The notes under the pieces are model-generated. The model had not been told where the DNA came from, searched no databases, and was given only the letters and a program-made list of their open reading frames with translations. Of a stretch of 64,000 nt of DNA, positions 18,193-30,900 are shown one piece after another. The number at the start of each line of letters is the position of its first letter. Within the stretch, counting starts at the first letter, position 1. The translations under genes were made by a program, and so were the position numbers. The DNA is from Lingula anatina (Eukaryota; Animalia; Brachiopoda), in NCBI GenBank assembly GCA_051362555.1, contig CM120643.1, positions 27,346,848 through 27,410,847 on the forward strand, given 5' to 3'.

Positions 18193-19159
18193 ATAACCAA
18201 GATTTATTTGCACCCAATCATTCAGTGTGGCTTGGTGAGAAAATGTCAGATCAATTTCCTAAATGTAAATTAACAAAAAAATGTGACAATAGTTATTTTT
18301 ATTCATATTGTAACTTGCATCATAATACAGTAGGAAAACACAGAATTCAACATTTTTCAAATTCATTTCATTAAGTTCATTCAATTAAATGGTACCTGAG
18401 CTAACAAAATAGATTTACTCTTAACACTACACTAAATCTAAAATCAAGCCACTTACTTCAAATACACATGACACAGGTAATTGATTTAATTGGCCCAGCT
18501 GAGCTGTGCACATTGTAATGTAGCCTTGACACTAATTGACAATAATGCTAACCAGGTATTAAAGAGGTAGATGACAGCAGATAAAATCCGAAGAGCACCA
18601 TAACTGATAACAAATTACACCCAAGGCAATAAGTGAGTCTTCATAATGAAAGTCGAAACCCTGCCTGGTTATTTCCACACGTTTTTACAACACACTCTCC
18701 ACCAAGACTTTTTGGGCACTACTAATATGCAGTGTACGTGCGCTCCAAACTTATACAACTCGGTCTTTGGTTTTCTACTGTTTTTTTTTTTCTTTTATGG
18801 TAAAGGCTGCACAGCTGGGCCTTCATTCTTTGCCGTAAAATAAATTAGTTTTATCCTTTACTTGTCCGATGAGTCTTGATTCAAAGCCACTCCTCAGTCT
18901 CTCCTCCGTTTACGGTTTTCGTCCCTACACCTTGGATTGTTACCACTGCAGGCAGTCTGTGAACGCTTGTAAAGTTATTTATCTTCTCTCTATCATATAC
19001 CCTGCAGTAATTCATCATTTTACTCGGTTTAATATCAAAGAAAACACAGAAATTGAATGCTAAATTGTACATGTAGACATGATCATGCGCAGCAGACGAT
19101 TCCGGTCTCCCTCCAGTATGGCTGCCGTTTGTTTTGATGACGAGGGCTACAATGGGTTA
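16651..19159. mobile_element. Internally deleted ISL2EU-like DNA transposon with convergent ORF remnants
   Basis: Terminal IR TAACCCATT..CGTCAT, subterminal IR GCRGCCATWCTGGAGGGA (16696-16713 / 19108-19125), AT at both flanks. Minus remnant MMNYCRVY..HRLPAVVTIQG..EEWL resembles a THAP N-terminus; plus remnant KDRYKEKFELTIGINPYGL (~17045-17101) resembles the start of the accessory ORF. Confidence 0.65.
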
Positions 19160-20779
19160 ATACTCGCAATACGTAATCTAAACAACAGACACCAGGAGTC
19201 GCTACGAACCCCCTGTATACACAATGTATTGGCCATACTGCATACATGAAATAGGCTAGCCCATATGAAGCCCATCGGGGACCCTGATAAGACCAGTGAG
19301 TCAAACCTCTGCCCAATAAGCCCACCACCTACCCATCCTGGCCCCGGGGGCGTGTGCTGGCTGGGTATAAAGCAATTGTTGAGTGCAGCACACGAAACAG
19401 GCCCGTAACCAGCAATTTCAAATGGGGGGCGGGGTACTTTTTCTGAAAATGTGGACCTTTTACCATAAAATCTTCATGTACCTAGATCAAATTTTACCTA
19501 GGGTGGACCTTTTTCCAGGAAAAAGGGCAGTTCTTTCGTCCCTTTCCAAAATCAAGCCTTGGAAAAAAAATGAATAAAAACTGCATATGCCCTCTTTAAC
19601 TTAAGAGCAAATAATTATTCTTGTAACTTAAAGCAAAGTCAGACACTCCGTTTATCTGACTCCCCCCATAGAATTTTTACTCCCCCACAAAACTTGATAA
19701 ATTTTATTATTTTGAGCATATGACTTATATCTTGTAGTATGCATAATGAAGGATACATTGGCACTTTTTGCTAGAATGCGGGTGAAATTTTTCATGAGAA
19801 AATAAGAAAATTAAGAATGTGTATTTTACCACCCAATGACTCCTCTATACGAAAAAGCTATTTATTTTATATTTGGTGATCATTTCAACATGGAAATATT
19901 TGAAAGTTTGGCAGAAAAATATCAGGTGAAAAAATGAAAAAAAAAAAAAAATGAAAAGTCTTCATCTTCATACCGATGGGATTTGGACTTCCATGAAGAA
20001 AAAACTTACGTTTATTCAAGCAAGTTTTAAAGCCGTTTATCGTCCGCTTTCGTCTGCACGTGTTACTGTCAGTTTCCGATCTCGATTTCTAACTTTTTCA
20101 TATAATATAGGTTACGGCCGGGTAGATACATCGATCGCTGTGGACGTAAACACGGCCGTCTTTTACTGCTATAAGTATTGTAGCCTAACTTGTCTCATCC
20201 CTTAGCCTATTGTTTGTATTTCTTGTTCTCGGCTTAATGAAATTATTTCAAAACATCCACTTTCAAGAGGTTCAAGTATTCCAATATAAAAATGGCTTTG
20301 ATGTTGGGCATAGCTGTGGGTGCTTTCTGCCCACTGTAAACTGCCGCTAGAGAACGCTACGAGCGCTATTAGACTCAAGCGACTTGTGAAATAAATAAAT
20401 TTGTTCTCACAAAATAACACTTAATGTTGACTTTTGTATTGGCATTATGAGAGAAAAAATCGTTACTGACCTTTTTCATGCTCGATAAATTTCAGCATGT
20501 CAAAGAGGAAATTATAGGCCCACTCTTATTCAATATCAGAGGCGGCACGTAGGCCTATAGGGCCTATTTGAGGTGCCAAAGACGATCATTTTAAATCATA
20601 TTTCAGGTAGGCCTACACAAATGACACATGACTGATCTTTGAAGTGATGAAAAAAAAAATTAGACTTATGAATCATTTAGGATCTACTAGGTTTGCGCCT
20701 TTTCTGGGAGTTTTATCTTTAAAAGTTCTTATTTCAACTATCTCTATCCAGTATCTTCTTCTTCTATTTTTCTTAAATA

Positions 20780-21030
20780 TACCACAGGTGCTCTCAAGGG
20801 AGGTGGTCATTGGAAGTTGGCCCTCAGTCACTCTGATGAGGCAGCTCTAGTCCACTACTGCCTTATTATGAGTGACTGGGGGTTTCCCCTCACCAAAGAC
20901 TTGGAGTCTGCAAGTTTGCTCTGGCGGTGGGAAAACAAAGGGATAGGCCTATGGGCTATCGAACGGCTGGTGGGATCGGTTCATGAATCGACATCCCGAG
21001 TTGTCCCTTAGAAAACCGGAGAGGATAAAT
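20780..21030 (+). mobile_element. Degenerate pogo/Tc5-type (CENP-B HTH) transposase fragment
   Basis: LSHSDEAALVHYCLIMSDWGFPLT and, after a frameshift, GWWDRFMNRHPELSLRKPER; followed by a K/E-rich tract to ~21360. Confidence 0.7.
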
Positions 21031-22196
21031 AATGAAATAAAAAACATGCTAAATAAATGAAAAATAATGAGAAAATGAATTTTGTCTTCAAATAAAGATT
21101 TGTTCGGATATCGGATAATAAGAAAGCATTATTTAAAGACTTGAAAGAAAGAAAGAAAGAAAGAAAGAAAGAAAAGAAGAGCTGTAGAAAAAAATGAGAA
21201 AAGCCGAAGATGGCGCTGAGCGAAGAATGGAGAAAGAGGAGAAGAGAAGAGCGGGCGTGGAGAGGGAGAGGAAGAAGGCTGAGGTACGAGAGCGAAAGGC
21301 ACAGAGGGCATTGGAGGTGAAACGTACGTAGAAAAGAGAAGAAGGAAGAAGAGAGAAAAAAGAATTTTTACGTTGCGTTGTTTGTAAAGCCTAGGTCCCA
21401 ACCGAACGTACGGGCTGCTACGTGTGGTCTACGGCCAAAAAAATGGGACAAAACTTGGGAGTTCGTGCATGAGGAGCACATCCATCGTGCGACTTTTGGA
21501 AGACGCAAACAGCACGTAGTAACTTTTCGACATGATCAACAGCCGCCACGTGCGATTTAGCTACGTCCTAGCCGGACGCAAGGAACTTGAAAACCGTGCG
21601 TCCAAAACGACCTAGGCTTAATGCGCAAGAACATTTCACTTGCGCTTAAACCACTACATTTTTGGACGTTTTCCTGTGTTATATCTGCTGGAATTTATCT
21701 CAGTAAAGGAGAAACATTGGTTGAGTTCTTTTGTTTTATATATTTTTTAAAGATTTATATTGTTTTTTTTTTTATTATTATTTATACCGCAAAAGTAGGC
21801 CTACACATGCATGGGCCTACAAGTGATATGTTCTTGTGCGTTACAAACAACGCAACGTAAAATAAACATACATGTGTACATACGTACATAACACAAACGC
21901 ACATTATTATTCCATATGGTGAACAGAGTTGCGAGACAGTATAATAATAGAAAAAAAATTGCAGTGATTTCGTTTTATGGAGTTAAATGTTTAATGCATT
22001 TTATTAAGGTCAGCGATGTTAAAAAACTGAATACATTCATCTCTTTGTTAGGTCACAGCACTAGTCTGTTACATGAGTTCTAGCTCCGTCTTTTTTATTT
22101 ATTTATTTTTATTGTATTTGTCACACTTTCGATAAATTCTTTGTTGGTGGTGTGTGAGCTGTTAATGGTAATTGCTAGTTTTGTTATCATGAATTA

Positions 22197-22742
22197 GAGC
22201 GCATTCTCAACGAATTAAGCCAGGCTTTACAAAGCCGGTGACCTAAAAATGGCGGACGTACATGAAAGAAAAACCGCCTAATCTTTTAATAGTCTCTCCG
22301 CCTCCCCACACGTCGTCCCTGCGGGGTACAGTAATTAAATCGCGTCTCCGTTCGCCATGCGGAAGCTACCTGAGAAATATTAAGTGCGCATGCTCATCAG
22401 TTAAACTCGTGGTGAAGAAAGCATGGCGGCTGAAGGCGATCGAAGGAAAAAAGCTCTTCTGTTCTATTATCTTTGAAAACAGAGACGAAAAAGGAATAAT
22501 TTGGCCCGTAGAGCAGCAATGAATCGACTATCTACGGAGATAATATCACCAGAGATATTCACGGAAATATTAATGTTCGGAGCCGAGATTTAATTACTGT
22601 ACCCCGCAGGGACGACGTGTGAGGAGGCGTGTGAGAGGCGGAGAGACTATTAAAAGATTAGGCGGTTTTTCTTTCATGTACGTCCGCCATTTTTAGGTCA
22701 CCGGCTTTGTAAAGCCTGGCTTAATTCGTTGAGAATGCGCTC
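22197..22742. mobile_element. Young foldback MITE, PIF/Harbinger (Tourist)-type
   Basis: TIRs of ~145 bp (GAGCGCATTCTCAACGAATTAAGCC..), about the first 105 bp perfectly complementary; TTA duplicated at both flanks. Confidence 0.9.
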
Positions 22743-22929
22743 TTAAAGATTTTATTTTGAATCATTACTGGTGTTGTTACCTGAAGGCTGGCCAAATAAA
22801 TGATCGATTAGTTTTAAAATGAGAAATATCAATATTATTCTTTCATAATAATGAATACAGTATTTTCAATTTGGCATTTTAAAGGACCAGACTACTAAAT
22901 ATCGCTTCGATACTCCGACGTAGCGGCAA

Positions 22930-23408
22930 CTTCTCGTTTTGTTCCATAATCCGATCAAGGCAGTGGTAAATGAGTGGACTATTCCATTTTTTAGCAATAT
23001 TTGTGTTTAAAAGTAAAAGACCAACTAAATATGAATGACAACTGCTGTTACGTTCATTGATATTCGCAATATAATGCGCATTTGCCGTTTTATTGTCTTT
23101 TATAGACCCCCTGCGCTACATATTGCCTTGCATCTTATCTAACAAACTCTGACGCAACGTTATCTGCGTACTTCCGGTTTTGTTCCATAATCCGGGGTTT
23201 AAGAACAACACGAAGTTAACCATTATTTTAGCGTTTTTCTCCAATAGTAACCCCAATCATATGGATTAAGCTTTACAAGATAGTAAATAAAGCTCTATCG
23301 TAGCTACATGCAAAGTATTAGAGGTTAGTTTACGTTCATTTTTATACACAGACTGTGCAAAGCCGAAAAACGTCAAATATCGTTCCATAATCCGGGGTCG
23401 AGGTCTAT
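22930..23408 (-). mobile_element. Solo transposon terminus with three subterminal repeats
   Basis: GTTCCATAATCCG at ~22942, ~23182 and ~23382, ending CCGGGGTCGAGGTC followed by TATA; no matching opposite end found. Confidence 0.4.
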
Positions 23409-23782
23409 ATATTAAGTCACCATACCATTTCAGTGCAAATTTTCAGATGCAACAATATTTTCTCGACTTCTCATAACATGGAAATGTTAAAGGAATTTTC
23501 AAAGTGAAGTGCCAGACACAATGTACAAAATAAATGTTATTAAAATAGCATTTATTCAGCTTAGACAGTACAGTCAATTATAAATATATAATTTCAATTG
23601 TTTTAAAACCTTTATCAAAGTGTATGATAAATGTTTAAGTATAGCATAACAGCTTCATGTGTCTCACGACACTATGGTTAACCTTGAATTTGAAGGATTA
23701 CAACCATTTCAATTTCTACAACATAATCACAGCTTTTTTCTTTGCATTTAAAGCAGAGTGGTAAAATATGCATTCAACATAC

Positions 23783-23997
23783 ACCCCATTTCCATAGATT
23801 AGATCGACCTACTTTGGATCGACCTAACTCCCTGGGGGTTCGCACTGAATAGCTGTCAGCCGGGCGGACACGAAAATTAATTGCCCCTTACGGCTTGTAG
23901 TGGGCGGGGACGGACACTTAAGGGGGATTATCTGACGGTAGTCTGGTGAGACTCCCCGCGGTGATAGATCGATCTAAAGTTGTGGGAACAGACCCAT
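23783..23997. mobile_element. MITE family A copy
   Basis: Colinear with 3588-3803. Confidence 0.8.
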
Positions 23998-24021
23998 AGT
24001 CTGCTGATACATAAGATTTAA

Positions 24022-25594
24022 GGGATCTTGGATATTAACGAAAAAGTCCAAAACTAATGCAGCTAATGAAATTTCCTATTAACTTAAAGAAAAGGTCTAG
24101 CAAGCCAAACAATTTTTCAAAGTTTGTAGTCACAGTGTAACACGAGTGACGTAATATCAGCGTTTTGAGGCTAAAATTGTCTTTTTTTTAATCAAGAATT
24201 TCTCTTAAACAAAAAGCCCTATTAATACGATTGAAATAGCTATCTAAAGGTTAGCACAAACTCCATTAAACTCTGTCAGGATTTTCTCTTTTTATTTTTA
24301 CTTTTGATTTTATTTTGATAAAACGTGAATTTTACGAAATATATATGGACCTTCCAATTTCAGTATTAATCACTTCAAAAATAAAAGGTCAATCCAAAAA
24401 CCAAGACTCAGACGACTAGATATTATACTGAAACAGAGACACATCAAATTTCATGTCAATCTGACAGTTACAGAATGAGATATGGGGATTGAAGTTTAGA
24501 CTATGTTATCAATCTTCAAAGCTGAGAAATCGCTCCTAAACCATTTTGCTCAGGTAATTGGGCTATTTAAGCAAAATAATTGCACCTCCACCTTACCTGT
24601 TATCATCTTGTTGATCGGGAAGGTCTATACACCATTACGTGTTAAAATTGGGTTGTTTGTTTCTATCTAGATGCCAGAAATCTTACTTTTGTACGCAAAC
24701 TTATTCGTACCACGAAAGTCGCTCTTCCCTGGGAAATGATTGACAGCTGAGTAGGTCTACCTACTCTCGTTTCACTGACGTAATTAATCATAATTGTGTC
24801 TGACGCAGTAGGAGTCTGTGCACTGTCTAGGAAGTGTCTAAGGAAGCGCTAACAAACAAAAAGAGGATTACTTGGTGTGCCAGCAGAGGACAATGCCACC
24901 CGTCGTGCGTGGGCGCCGCTCTACACACCAAGACGCGAAAATTGAGAAAGTAAAGCAAGATTTACTCCGAGAAATGGCCGAATGTGGGTACGTATATGCC
25001 ATGATGCCACAGAGTGCCAAGACCGTAATATGCGAATTTGAAAATGTTTTGGGTGGCAATATTACTTTAAAACTTGCTTGCTATTACAATCTTTATTGTG
25101 CATAAAATGATTGCCTAACGATTTTTTTCTGACAACCCTAGACGTTGTACGAATACTCAGCAGTTCAAGTGTGATCTCGAGTCTTTACCGCGGGGTTTCT
25201 CCATCCACCAGAAGCACTCTCTTTCAAAATTCTCTTGCTTTCCTCGCTCATCCGTTTTCTCACGACTTTCTTTCTTCCCATGACTGTGTATATAACTGTG
25301 GTCTGCTTAGCTGACGTAAGACTTATGAGCTGTCAGGGCACGCGTAACAGCTTAAGAAGTAAGACAACCATTCTTGCTCCGCCCCCATAGTAACGGTGCT
25401 TGACAACGGAGGCGGAGCCTAAAGCCTGCCACCCGTACCAGTCAGGACAGGTAGAAAAACTCGTCCAAATGTATATTTTTAGTCCGTGTTTCACAAATAT
25501 AACTTAATTGAGTATTAGATACAAAATTGATTATTTCTAACGTATAAAAAACTAAAAATCGAGTTTTAGACGTATTTTTAATATCCTAGACCCC
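24022..25594. mobile_element. Non-autonomous Kolobok-type DNA transposon (~1.57 kb)
   Basis: TTAA at 24018-24021 and 25595-25598; imperfect TIR GGGRTCTWGGATATTAA..AAAACT with purine termini; convergent short ORF starts inside (+ MPPVVRGRR.. ~24893; - MGRKKVVRKR.. ~25281). Confidence 0.7.
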
Positions 25595-26752
25595 TTAAAA
25601 TAAAGGAAGTCAGTCATTAGATGACACTTACATTACAATGGTAAGACAAATACAAAACATTTGCTAGGGTATAAAAGTACAGAGTGCACAGCTCTTTGGC
25701 TCTCTTCCTAAACTCTCCCACACTACAGTACTCGGATGCAAAAACCTTGCAAGACATCTGTATAGAAACAAGACCTTGCTATGATTGCCATAAAATAGCA
25801 TCTTATGCATGATTTCTTCAACAGAAATAAAAAAACAAAAAATCAGGAACATTTGTTGGCATATACTGATCAAAAAGCACCTGGTTTCTATGAAAATCCC
25901 TTGATCCACATCATAAGCTTTGCAACTATGTGATTTTGACGACGTAGAAATGTTATTTATGCTTTTAAGCACAACAAAATATATAAAATTTACAATTAAC
26001 TAAATATCAGTGAGCTTCAATCAATATAATGATAAATCTATCACAAAATATTCCAGTCTTTTTATACACAAAATGGACTAATAATAACAATGATATTGAA
26101 TTTTGATGGAAGATTGCATGGATATGCAAACTACAACCAGACCAGAAATCCTAGTTGGCCAATCTAGCTACACTTGAAAATATACACAGCCTCCAACATG
26201 TATTTGAATTTAAACTTTTGTCACAAACCCCATCCAAATGTCACCATTAAGTTTCAAACAGAATAATCAATCTCAGTAAATGTATACTGACAGTCAATGA
26301 AAACGCATCATTTATTTATGAAGTAATATTTTTGTTCCTTTGGCACATTAAGAAAATAACAGTTTACGTGTGAAATATGACCCATTATTCAGGTACACAA
26401 AGTGAAATAAAGGTCAGAAAAGATAATTTAAATGTCATGTGTCATACTGGATTTGGTGACTACCTTAAATAGGCTTAATCAATCACCATATATTGAACCT
26501 GATTAATGCTTTATTCATACTTTCTGATTGATTCACACCAATCACAAAACAGAAAAAACATGATTTTGTAACAGTTGATCACAAAACCACTGATTCAGAA
26601 GCTGAAATTTTAAACATCCGAGTGGTCAGTCCACTCTCTTATGACCAAACAAGTGCATTTGTACTCGTTTATATGGTTGGAATCGAATCCAGACCGAGTT
26701 GACCCCACATCCTCCCCCATCCAGAGTTAGACACAAGGGTCGATGTACCATA

Positions 26753-27922
26753 TTATTTTTTGGTTGAGTCGTCAGTAACTTCAGCTTGATCTACATTAGT
26801 TTTAGTTTGGTCCTCAGTCACTTCAGCATGATGTACATTAGTTTCAGTTTGGACTTCAATCATTTCCTGAAACGGAAAGTTGGGACTTCTGACAAAAGAT
26901 GTGCAAAGGTATAATATTTCACATAACTGAATCATTCAATCAATTCTATCTTATACTATGATATCAATTACCCAAAGAGGACATTAAAAAAATATAATTT
27001 CTTAATGGCTATTATTTTCAGTATTATTGTGCTTTTAAGTACTGAAATTGCCACCTATTTTTTCAAATGAGAAGTCTGCTACAAATGCATCCTTTCTTTG
27101 ACTTGGGTTCAATAAAAATTGCTTTTGATATATTATTTCAGACCAAATATTACTCTGTAATCTATAAAGTCAATATTAATTAACAGCTGAGGTAAATATA
27201 TTATTACATACCTCTGCATTTTCCAAAAAAATTGGAATAGCAGGTGTCAGTAACTCCAACAGTACTTCACCAGTTGGCACCTGGTCTGCATTGAGCACTT
27301 CTGTCACTGAAAAAAATATTTTCTTTAAAAGCAATTCCTGCTAAAACTACTAGTAAACATACATTGTAAAGTGACTGGGAGTGATCACTAATCACTCCAT
27401 TTGTATAGGAATTTTTTTATTACTAATGTTATTTTTCTTAATATGTAAATCAATTATCATATATATATATATAATAAAAAGAAAAACAGAACAGCATCCT
27501 TTCTTTGACTTGGGTTCAATAAAAATTGCTTTTGATATATTATTTCAGACCAAATATTACTCTGTAATCTATAAAGTCAATATTAATTAACAGCTGAGGT
27601 AAATATATTATTACATACCTCTGCATTTTCCAAAAAAATTGGAATAGCAGGTGTCAGTAACTCCAACAGTACTTCACCAGTTGGCACCTGGTCTGCATTG
27701 AGCACTTCTGTCACTGAAAAAAATATTTTCTTTAAAAGCAATTCCTGCTAAAACTACTAGTAAACATACATTGTAAAGTGACTGGGAGTGATCACTAATC
27801 ACTCCATTTGTATAGGAATTTTTTTATTACTAATGTTATTTTTCTTAATATGTAAATCAATTATCATATATATATATATAATAAAAAGAAAAACAGAACA
27901 GCAACTTTTTTGCCCCGAACGG

Positions 27923-27971
<49 letters not shown>

Positions 27972-30900
27972 TCTATCAAATCTATTATCTTAAGTATGGC
28001 TATGTACATATTAAATAACCTTTATCACATTAAGTGTTACAAATATCAATGATTATTTTTGATTAAATGAAGTATATGTGCTTCAAATACCAAGGCCAGT
28101 AATACTTCAACTGCTACATTACCTGCAATATCACACAAGCTGACAAATCTTAGATTTTGAAAGTAACCAAGGAGAAGCTCTGCTTGCGGGAACTCTGCTT
28201 CAGTGTGTATAACAAAATGATTTCCATCGTCTGCAATAATCCTGATGTCTACTTCATACAGCTGTGCTGCTGCCCACAGAATTAAAGCATCTCCCTGCGT
28301 GCCACTGTGACTCATGTGACGAAGATACCACCTCCACTTAATTTGGCACAGCTGGTTTTGTTTGGTGTGCCAGTCCTTGGTTGCAGTCTTTCGGAAGATA
28401 TGTGCTTTTTGTTCTTTGTATTTTCTCCAGGAAGGGTCGTCATCATCCAGGAAATGCACCAGTGACATACCATCTGTCTGGAATATTTTTTTCACTCATC
28501 ACTAAAACTCTGTTTGTGACATAATCTAATTTACCGTACTGACTCATCTTTTCAATGGGGAAAATTGTAAATTGTACAGATTCTTAAAATTAGAACATTC
28601 CTATTGAGTGGTAGCGACAAAACTGAAAGCAGGTAACCTTGTATTTCTTTTGTATGTAGTAGAAACACCACAAAACCTATATAGAAATATAATTTTAATG
28701 ATTCTAAAAAGATCCTAAAAAGAAAGATTAATCATTTTTTCCCATTGAAAAGATCCAATCATTAACATTATACACCTGATATCTGTAAATGGGCAAATTA
28801 TGTTTGCTTCTTGAAACGATGCTTCAACTAGTTTAATTGCAGAGAAATTAGCTAATTTTTTCTTTTCAGTCTTTCTGCCATTTAAGCATTCTGCATAAAT
28901 TTTTGAAATACTTCAACTACAGATTCCTTTGGTCAACAAAAAATATAATAATAAAAATTTTCAAACCTTTTTTGGATTGTGTCTCAGATGCTTAACAATT
29001 TCTTCTCGAAACTTTTGTCCTGTTGTCCGCAAGCTAAGATGTTCTACTAATTGATCAGCCAATGCATTAAACATGCAATTCTCATTCAAAGGATCTCCTA
29101 TTATTTCTTTGTTATTATCTTCGGCATAGTCACTTAAGAATCCATCATCAAATCTTTGCTCTTGAAGGAAACTCTGCAGTGCCGAAAAATTTTCCCCGAA
29201 TTCTGAAACCATTTCAAGGTTAAATCAGTTTTTCATTAGTACATGTATTATATTTTCAGCATGCTTGTGAGATATTGTGAGATTTCTAAAAATCAAAATC
29301 AAACTGATAAAATATGAACTCTAAAGGGACAATATCTGCAGACATGGCAAAATTAGTCTTTCATTGTTACTTGTGTCAAGACGTTACCTAAGAACAATTA
29401 AAATGAAGTCATGCTTCATAAAGCAGCTATAGAAGGCCTTATAAACGGATTAGGTGTTAACTAACACTGCCTGCATATCTTTTGGCACTAACACCCATAT
29501 TAACCATATAACCTGCAGATTAACTACCACTACCAGAGCAGATGAATGTTAGTGCTAGGAATCGCATTGGTGTGTTGGTTAAAGGGATAATAACTCTTCG
29601 TTTTGGCCAAAAAATGAATTTTCCTGGAGTAAACAACAATTTTCCCATACCAACCAATGGTTAATGAATCCATTTTTACATTCAAAGTTAGTCCCTGTTT
29701 TTTTTTCTAAAAAGTTTGTTTTTTTGTTAAAATCTCTTAAGAGATTATAACAGAGTATAGCCATCAATGGAGGTCACATGGTCTGAAGACAAGCTCAGAT
29801 ATCAGAATAATAGCTATAACTGCTGTTTTTGTCGTAAAACAGAACATAATATAGTTCTATGAGTTATTCACAATGTTTTTATTATGAAATATAGACCTCA
29901 CACGAAGAGTTATTATCCCTTTAAATTGTGGGTTATCTGGCTAATATGGGCGTTAGTGCTAAAAGATCCATGGGTATTGTTAGTAAACGCCCAATCTGTT
30001 TGCAAGGCCTGATAGGTGAAACACAAACTTAGTCTCTTCAGAAATGATCTTCCTTTTCACCAATATTTGACATTTCTACTCACTGCTAAAAGCTCTGTGT
30101 TTCAGGAGTTTCCTTGGACCTGACCTGTGTCTCAGTTTAACACCAAGTCCCCGGGAAAGTAAATCTTGGAAATGCTTGTCAACAGAGCCAGGCAGACAAG
30201 CAATTAATTCTTCTGGTCCAGTGATTTCACATTTTAACTGAAAGTTGTCAACAGTAATTTACTTTTGGTCATGTCTGTTAGAGATATAACATTAACTAGA
30301 ATATCAGAGAGGATCAGAGAGGCCATACCGCCTCTGGGTATTATGCCACCAGCTGAAAAAAAAAAAAGGACACCATCTCCAGTGTTGTGCTTGGCAAGAT
30401 GTAAAAAATGCAGTCTAGCGTTCTAAATATTTTTATTGAAAATTACAGCTTAAAACAAATTCATGGGGAAAAGTAAAAGTTAAAATCCAAATTTGTGAAG
30501 TGCGATTCATGGCAAAAAGTAGGTCAAAGTTCAATTACAGGATCACAGTTAGATTGCCAGTTTATAACTTCCTACTCAAGTTCAATAGTAACTATGGGCA
30601 TATCTCTGCTAGTTTTGGAGATATAACAGATAGAAAGGTTGCAAAGTTCAGTTCATGGTGTAAAGTAGGTCAAAGGTCAATTTTAAGGTCACCGTTAGAT
30701 TGTCAGTATATGACTTCCTATTCAAGTTCAGTTGTGACTATGGGCCTATCTCTGCCAGTTTTGGAGATATAAGGGATGGAAACTATGCAAAGTTCAGTTC
30801 ATGGTGAAAAGTAGGTCAAAGGTCAATTTTAAGGTCACAGTTACATTGCCAATATATGACTTCCTATTCAACTTCAATAGTAACTATGGACCTATCTCTG

